A DNA stretch of 64,000 nt from Macrostomum lignano (lineage: Eukaryota), in NCBI GenBank assembly GCA_002269645.1, contig NIVC01000350.1, forward strand, positions 1 to 64,000, in the 5' to 3' direction. Shown one piece after another: positions 57,711-64,000 of the stretch; within the stretch, counting starts at the first letter, position 1; the number at the start of each line of letters is the position of its first letter. The position numbers were made by a program, and so were the translations under genes. The notes beneath the pieces are model-generated. The model did not search any database. It was not told where the DNA came from and worked only from the letters and a program-made list of their open reading frames with translations.

Positions 57711-58031
57711 CATATTCATCTCATAGGTGTAGTAGCGCATTGCTAGCCTTGCAGATAAAAAAACATGACATAATCAGCTGCCAGCTCTGCTACTAAGAGA
57801 AATTGCTTGAACAACAAAATATTTGAGAAAAAACGGCACAATAATTTTACAAACAAACAGACAAACAAAGACAAGAATAGACGCTAGCTAGACTAAGGGC
57901 TTAAAAAAGATCCACATTTTCTCTGGCTTGACACTCTGGCTGGTTCGGCTGGACAAAGACACGGACAAACAAATTGAAAACAAGCTGAGGCTGAAGGGCT
58001 GAATGAATTGGCTTCATCTCTGCAGTCCAGC

Positions 58032-58662
58032 TCAGCACGATGCCTGAGAGCAGGAGAGTTGGCACTGTTGAGGCCGCTCCGCCTGCGGCTGGCAGTCAGC
58101 GCTCTCCGCTTCCTCATCCTCAGCCTCTTCGTTGACGCTCAGCGGCCGCTCCTCGTTGCTGTCTCGATCCTCCATCGGCTGAGTTGGCGAGTTTTCCTCT
58201 GCCGTTGTCGACAAATTCAACGGCGAGGCCACTTCGGCGGCGCGGCCGGCGTCTGCGGTGAATTCACAGCGGCGGGCCGACTTGCTCGCCGCTGCTGCTG
58301 TCGCCGCTTCGGCGTCATCATAGTCTGCGGCGGCCTCCTCGGATGCGGCGCGGCGCTTCCGGCTTCCAGACTCCGTTGGATGCGACTGCAAAGATGAGTA
58401 TGTATGCCGACGGATATTACCAAGTGTACGACGTACATGTGTACATAGCGACTGTAAATTGTGTAGATATCGGCTGTACATTGTTTACATAGCGGCTGTA
58501 CATTTTGTACATAGCAGCTGTATATTTTGCACATAGCGGCTGTACATTTTGTACATAGCGGCTGTATATTTTGCACATAGTGGCTGTACATTGTTTACCG
58601 TACTTAGCGGCTGTAAATTTGTTCATATAGAGGTTGTACATTGTATGCATAGTGGCTGTACC

Positions 58663-58709
<47 letters not shown>

Positions 58710-58981
58710 AATAGCGACTGAACATAGTCTGTGTACATAACGAGTGTACATTGTGTGTGCATTTTCTGAGTACATAAACAATATACAACTAATACAAAGC
58801 TCCCAGCTTCCAGATACACACAGCTTCCTTACCTGCTCCAGATGGCGATGCAGCTGCTCCTGACTGGGGCACAGCAAGCCGCAACTGGGGCAGGGGCACA
58901 TGTCCAGCGGCTGGAACTCGCCTCCGCTAAGGCTGATTTCGGCAATCTCGTCATTTTCGGAGCCGAACTTTTGCTGCTGGA

Positions 58982-59016
<35 letters not shown>

Positions 59017-62000
59017 GACACGGGAGCCCCGATGCCATGCTTGTTCAGCCGGTGAACCCGCAGGAAGTACTTGTTGCACACCTCCTTGCCACAGACGTCG
59101 CAACGGATCCTCTGCTGCGCCGGCGACCCGCCGGCTGGTCGAGTCGCCAACGATGACGAAGGCGATGCAACGGCGACGCTGGCGCTGGTCGGCGACGAGG
59201 TCGGAGATGCTGGAGGAGGTTTTGAAGATGCCAATATGAGCTTATCTATTGATGCTCAGAGCACTGACTGCTCAGACTCACAGCTTATCTATTGATGCTC
59301 AGAGCACTGACTGCTCAGACTCACAGCTTATCTATTGATGCTCAGAGCACTGACTGCTCAGACTCACAGCTTATCTGTTGATGCTCAGAGCACTGACTGC
59401 TCAGACTCACAGCTTATCTATTGATGCTCAGAGCACTGACTGCTCAGACTCACAGCTTATCTATTGATGCTCAGAGCACTGACTGCTCAGACTCACAGCT
59501 TATCTGTTGATGCTCAGAGCACTGACTGCTCAGACTCACAGCTTATCTATTGATGCTCAGAGCACTGACTGCTCAGACTCACAGCTTATCTATTGATGCT
59601 CAGAGCACTGACTGCTCAGACTCACAGCTTATCTATTGATGCTCAGAGCACTGACTGCTCAGACTCACAGCTTATCTATTGATGCTCAGAGCACTGACTG
59701 CTCAGACTCACAGCTTATCTATTGATGCTCAGAGCACTGACTGCTCAGACTCACAGCTTATCTATTGATGCTCAGAGCACTGACTGCTCAGACTCACAGC
59801 TTATCTATTGATGCTCAGAGCACTGACTGCTCAGACTCACAGCTTATCTATTGATGCTCAGAGCACTGACTGCTCAGACTCACAGCTTATCTATTGATGC
59901 TCAGAGCACTGACTGCTCAGACTCACAGCTTATCTATTGATGCTCAGAGCACTGACTGCTCAGACTCACAGCTTATCTATTGATGCTCAGAGCACTGACT
60001 GCTCAGACTCACAGCTTATCTATTGATGCTCAGAGCACTGACTGCTCAGACTCACAGCTTATCTATTGATGCTCAGAGCACTGACTGCTCAGACTCACAG
60101 CTTCTATTCATTAGTTCCCCGAGGCCCCAGCAACCCACACGCGAAAATTTTCCCATTCGAAGGCCAGGTTTTGTCAAAAGGCAACTGAGTCTTTCGAGTC
60201 GACAAGCAGAGCTTGGCTGCAATTTCTGCTGCAATTATATAATAACTTCAGTAGAAAGAGACAAAAACAGCCCTTAAATTGATACTCTTGTGCTCGATGC
60301 GGCTTCTGTTGTCTTTTCCTAACAAACTCCCTTCGGCGCTGGGGACGCAAAAGTTTTTTTGGAAATTCCATCTCATTGCCAAGAAGGAATTTCTTTTAAT
60401 CTATGCAGCCCCTTCTGCTTGGGATTTCAATGCTTTGGAGAATGAAAGAGAAAACTTTATTAGAAGATGAAAAACTCATGGCCCATCAATCCTCGGGTTT
60501 TTTGCATCCTAAAACTCACCAAGCCTCTGTTCTTTGTTCGCCTCTTTGACTTCTCCTTCATTCCCTCCTTTTTTGACTGCAGGATCTTCTGCTTCAAGTG
60601 GAAGAAAGCGGACAGACAGGGGGTTAGGGCAGGAAGAACAGAAGCCAGGGGAGGGGAGGTATTCCGAATTTCACTCAATAGCAACATCGCAACTTTCATT
60701 TCGTGTCCTCAAAGAAAAGAAGGCAGGGTCGGGTGAGAGAGCTGCCAGGCAAGCAGGGCCTCCTCGCCTTTCACCCCACCCCACCCCCATCATTCACGTT
60801 TGAAACCGGACAGGGAATAAAGCAAAGGGACAAACAAAAAAAGTAAATTTTTTATGATTGAAATTCCCCGAGTCACGTCTGTCTCCGGCTAAGAACAAAA
60901 AATTATGAGGAAGGGAGGCAGCTGGGACCAGGGTTTTCAAGGCTGAATGGACTCACGAAAAACTTTCAGTCGGAAGTCCGTCCGCCCCGCCTACCCGGGG
61001 GGGGGGGTGAATTTGTCTAAAAACTGGCTTTGTCTTAAACTCTGCTATTATCTACCAGACCTGGGAGACCCCGGAGTCCATGAAGGGCCCGAGACGCGTG
61101 CAGGTCTCTCAACAATTTCAAGCGCACGACTGAATAAACAGATGCTCCTTGAATATTTATAACTCCCCCACCCCTAAATTATTGGTTGATTCTCTCTCTC
61201 TCATCAGTCAAGCATGTTTCACCTCTCACACTCACCCCTTTCTCTTCTCACTCTCCCCCTGCCTTTTCTCACTCTCACCCTGTCTCCTCTCACTCTCACC
61301 CTGTCCCCTCTCAATCTCATCCCTGTCTCCTCTCACTCTCCCCCCCTGCCTCTTCTCACTCTCCCCCTGCCTCTTCTCACTCTCCCCCCTGCCTCTTCTC
61401 ACTCTCACCCTGTCTCCTCTCACTCTCCCCCCTGTCACCTCTCATTCTCCCCCTGCCTCTTCTCACTCTCACCTCTGTCACTTATCACTCTCACCCCTGT
61501 CACCTATCACTCTCACCCCAGTCACCTATCACTCACCCCTGTCACCTCTCACTCTACCCCCTGCCTCTTCTCACTCTTACCCCTATCACTCTCACCCTGT
61601 CTCCTATCACTCTCACCCTGTCTCCTCTCACACTCACCCCTGTCTCCTCTCACTCCCACCCCTCTTCACCCTCTCGCTTCTAAATTCAATGTTTACCTCT
61701 GGCCGGCACTCATTCCCTCCTCGCGCGCTGTTTCAGAATTATAAACGGAGAGTTTTCTAAAAGTCAAAAAACACAAAAGCCCTTTGGCTGACGATGTTGG
61801 CAAGCGCAGTTCCCTTTGTCCCCAGCCTCCCATGCAGCTTTCGCTTGTCAGAAAGAAAGCGAAATTATAGCTTTCTTTATTAATGTTTTGCCTGGCGATG
61901 AGTAGCCAAAACTTTTCTTGCTCTCAATTCAGTGTTTAGAACTGCTCAGTTTTTGTCGTATTGAGTGAAGCCAGACAACTGACATGGTCAGTCAGCTATT

Positions 62001-63978
62001 GCCTGCCTGCCTGCCTGCCTGCCAAAACAGCCAGTTGCAGTTCAACAAAAAGAAACACAGCACGAAATAGAAAAAAAACTGGATGCAATTTTCTGGCTCA
62101 AAAACTGCAGCAGCACTGCGATTTGCTTCAGTTAGCCCAGACCGGGAGCCAGTCGCTAAGTGGCGCGTGTTAATAGGAAATTCAAGATCCCAACCCTCCA
62201 TCTTGCCCCCCCCCCTATTCCCAGTAGGCATAAACATGACAATTCTGCTAGATAAGTCTTGTGTAAGATGTTCATGCCTCACAGAAATTTGTTTCTGCTC
62301 AACTGCTTTTCAATATAATTGTCAATGGAGTCTGCCCCCCCCCTCCTAGAAGAAGAAGACTGCAGCGGAGAGAAACAGGTGCGAGAAAATTTTATCGCGA
62401 TTAAAAATGGAGAGCGCAGCTGATGAAAATAACTTTTTTGTGCTCTGCCGACAACTCTTTCATCTCATTATGTCTTTTGAAGGCCTTCCCGGTGCCGCAG
62501 GCTTCCACATTTCAGCTTCGATATCCCTTGTTGCCACCCTCAGCTGTGCCGCTCTTTAACTTCCCCAACCATCTTGAGACTGAGATAAAAGCATTTCTAC
62601 CCACCCCAAAAGGCAGAGAACAGGAGGTAGCTACTTCACAAACTAGACACTTCAGAATTGGGGATTGTGAAGCTTGGGGATTGTGAAGCTTGGGGATTGT
62701 GAAGCTTGGGGATTGTGAAGCTTGGAGATTGTGAAGCTTGGGGATTGTGAAGCTTGGGGATTGTGAAGCTTGGAGATTGTGAAGCTTGGGGATTGTGAAG
62801 CTTGGGGATTGTGAAGCTTGGGGATTGTGAAGCTTGGGGATTGTGAAGCTTGGGGATTGTGAAGCTTGGGGATTGTGAAGCTTGGGGATTGTGAAGCTTG
62901 GGGATTGTGAAGCTTGGGGATTGTGAAGCTTGGGGATTGTGAAGCTTGGGGATTGTGAAGCTTGGGGATTGTGAAGCTTGGGGATTGTGAAGCTTGGGGA
63001 TTGTGAAGCTTGGGGATTGTGAAGCTTGGGGATTGTGAAGCTTGGGGATTGTGAAGCTTGGGGATTGTGAAGCTTGGGGATTGTGAAGCTTGGGGATTGT
63101 GAAGCTTGGGGATTGTGAAGCTTGGGGATTGTGAAGCTTGGGGATTGTGAAGCTTGGGGATTGTGAAGCTTGGGGATTGTGAAGCTTGGGGATTGTGAAG
63201 CTTGGGGATTGTGAAGCTTTGGGATTGTGAAGCTTGGGGATTGAGAAGCTTGGGATTGTGAAGCTTGGGGATTGTGAAGCTTGGGGATTGTGAAGCTTGG
63301 GGATTGTGAAGCTTGGGGATTGTGAAGCTTGGGGATTGTGAAGCTTGGTGATTGTGCATTGGGGATAGCGAAACGTCCCCAAATTTTCGAAATGATTCGA
63401 GAAAGCCTCGTACAAAATGACTTTCTCACCATCCGGCGTCTCAAAAGCGCCCCCGTGCTGACGGAAATTTGCCGAGTTGCCAGTTGCCATGGCAACGCGC
63501 TGCCCGTTAGAGTTACCGACTCCATGCGACGATTGAGCCTGCGGCTGTGGCGGCTGCACAGACTTGGGCACGCCGTGGACTTTCTCCTTGTGCGTCCGCA
63601 GGAAATACTTGTTGCAGACCTCTTTGCGGCAGATGTCGCACACGACTCTGTCTGCCAGCTTGGCGGCCACCATCGAGGACTGGAATGCGTCGAGCTGGTG
63701 CTGGTGATGCGGCTGGTACGCCGGCGGCTGCTGGTGCTCGATCGAATCCAAGCTGGCCGACGACTGCGGCTGAGGCGGCGGCAGCGGCAGCGGCAGCGAG
63801 GCCTGAGTTGGCGGGGGTGGCGGTGGCGGCGGTGGCGGCGGTGGCGGTGGTTGCTGTGCAGTGGCAGCGGCCAGCTGCGCATAGGGGCCCATCAGCGCCG
63901 GGCCCAGAGCCAGCGGAAACGATCCCAACAGAAAGGGATTTAATCCCATAGCGGCTAGCAGAGGATTGGACACTGCAG
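58032..63978 (-). CDS. C2H2 zinc-finger protein, 3' part (5' end lies beyond the window)
   Basis: Exons 63978-63430 (GAT G|GTGAG), 59209-58833 (cctcctccag|CA to CAG|GTAAG) and 58385-58032 have matching phases. Two near-identical fingers CDICRKEVCNKYFLRTHKEKVH and CDVCGKEVCNKYFLRVHRLNKH, a third CPSCGLLCPSQEQLHRHLEQ(SH), and a PLNLS CtBP-like motif. The true C-terminus is uncertain. Confidence 0.85.
59238..60105. repeat. 43-bp intronic minisatellite (CAGCTTATCTATTGATGCTCAGAGCACTGACTGCTCAGACTCA)
   Basis: About 20 almost identical units. Confidence 0.96.
61195..61680. repeat. CT-rich degenerate repeat (CTCTCACTCTCACCCTGT-like)
   Basis: Low-complexity tandem units in a zinc-finger gene intron. 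Confidence 0.85.
62655..63355 (-). repeat. 16-bp minisatellite family H, reverse, intronic
   Basis: About 43 near-perfect GGGATTGTGAAGCTTG units in a zinc-finger gene intron. Confidence 0.95.
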
Positions 63979-64000
63979 CTAGAGATGACAGGTCCTGATG

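Noticed and set aside
59238-60105. CRISPR-like regular arrays (this and the 41-, 42- and 33-bp arrays)
   Set aside because: Head-to-tail units with no unique spacers, no cas genes and a eukaryotic context.

Overview
Eukaryotic animal genomic DNA, not prokaryotic: GC-rich exons, GT-AG introns, poly-Ala/Gln coding tracts and many tandem repeats. A flatworm such as Macrostomum is the best guess, inferred from the long annexin II/III linker and the minisatellite-filled introns. Spliced genes reconstructed by hand: Tbx1/org-1-class T-box factor (+), an orphan 157-aa gene (+), casein kinase II beta (-), a roughly 726-aa protein with three tandem TIR-like domains (-), a RING-less coiled-coil+MATH TRAF (+) transcribed divergently from it, an annexin with a long Q/M/A/P N-terminus (-), and the 3' part of a C2H2 zinc-finger gene (-). 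Mobile DNA: a full-length, very young BEL/Pao LTR retrotransposon (matching 286-bp LTRs, CTGTG target duplication, tRNA-iMet PBS), two copies of one MITE, and a 1.1-kb element with long inverted ends. Almost every long intron is filled by its own minisatellite, and two minisatellite families occur as distant inverted pairs. Seven single-base deficits in otherwise intact genes look like long-read homopolymer errors rather than biology. Most long ORFs in the supplied track are repeat artefacts. The best candidate for an undescribed system is the tri-TIR / RING-less TRAF head-to-head pair.
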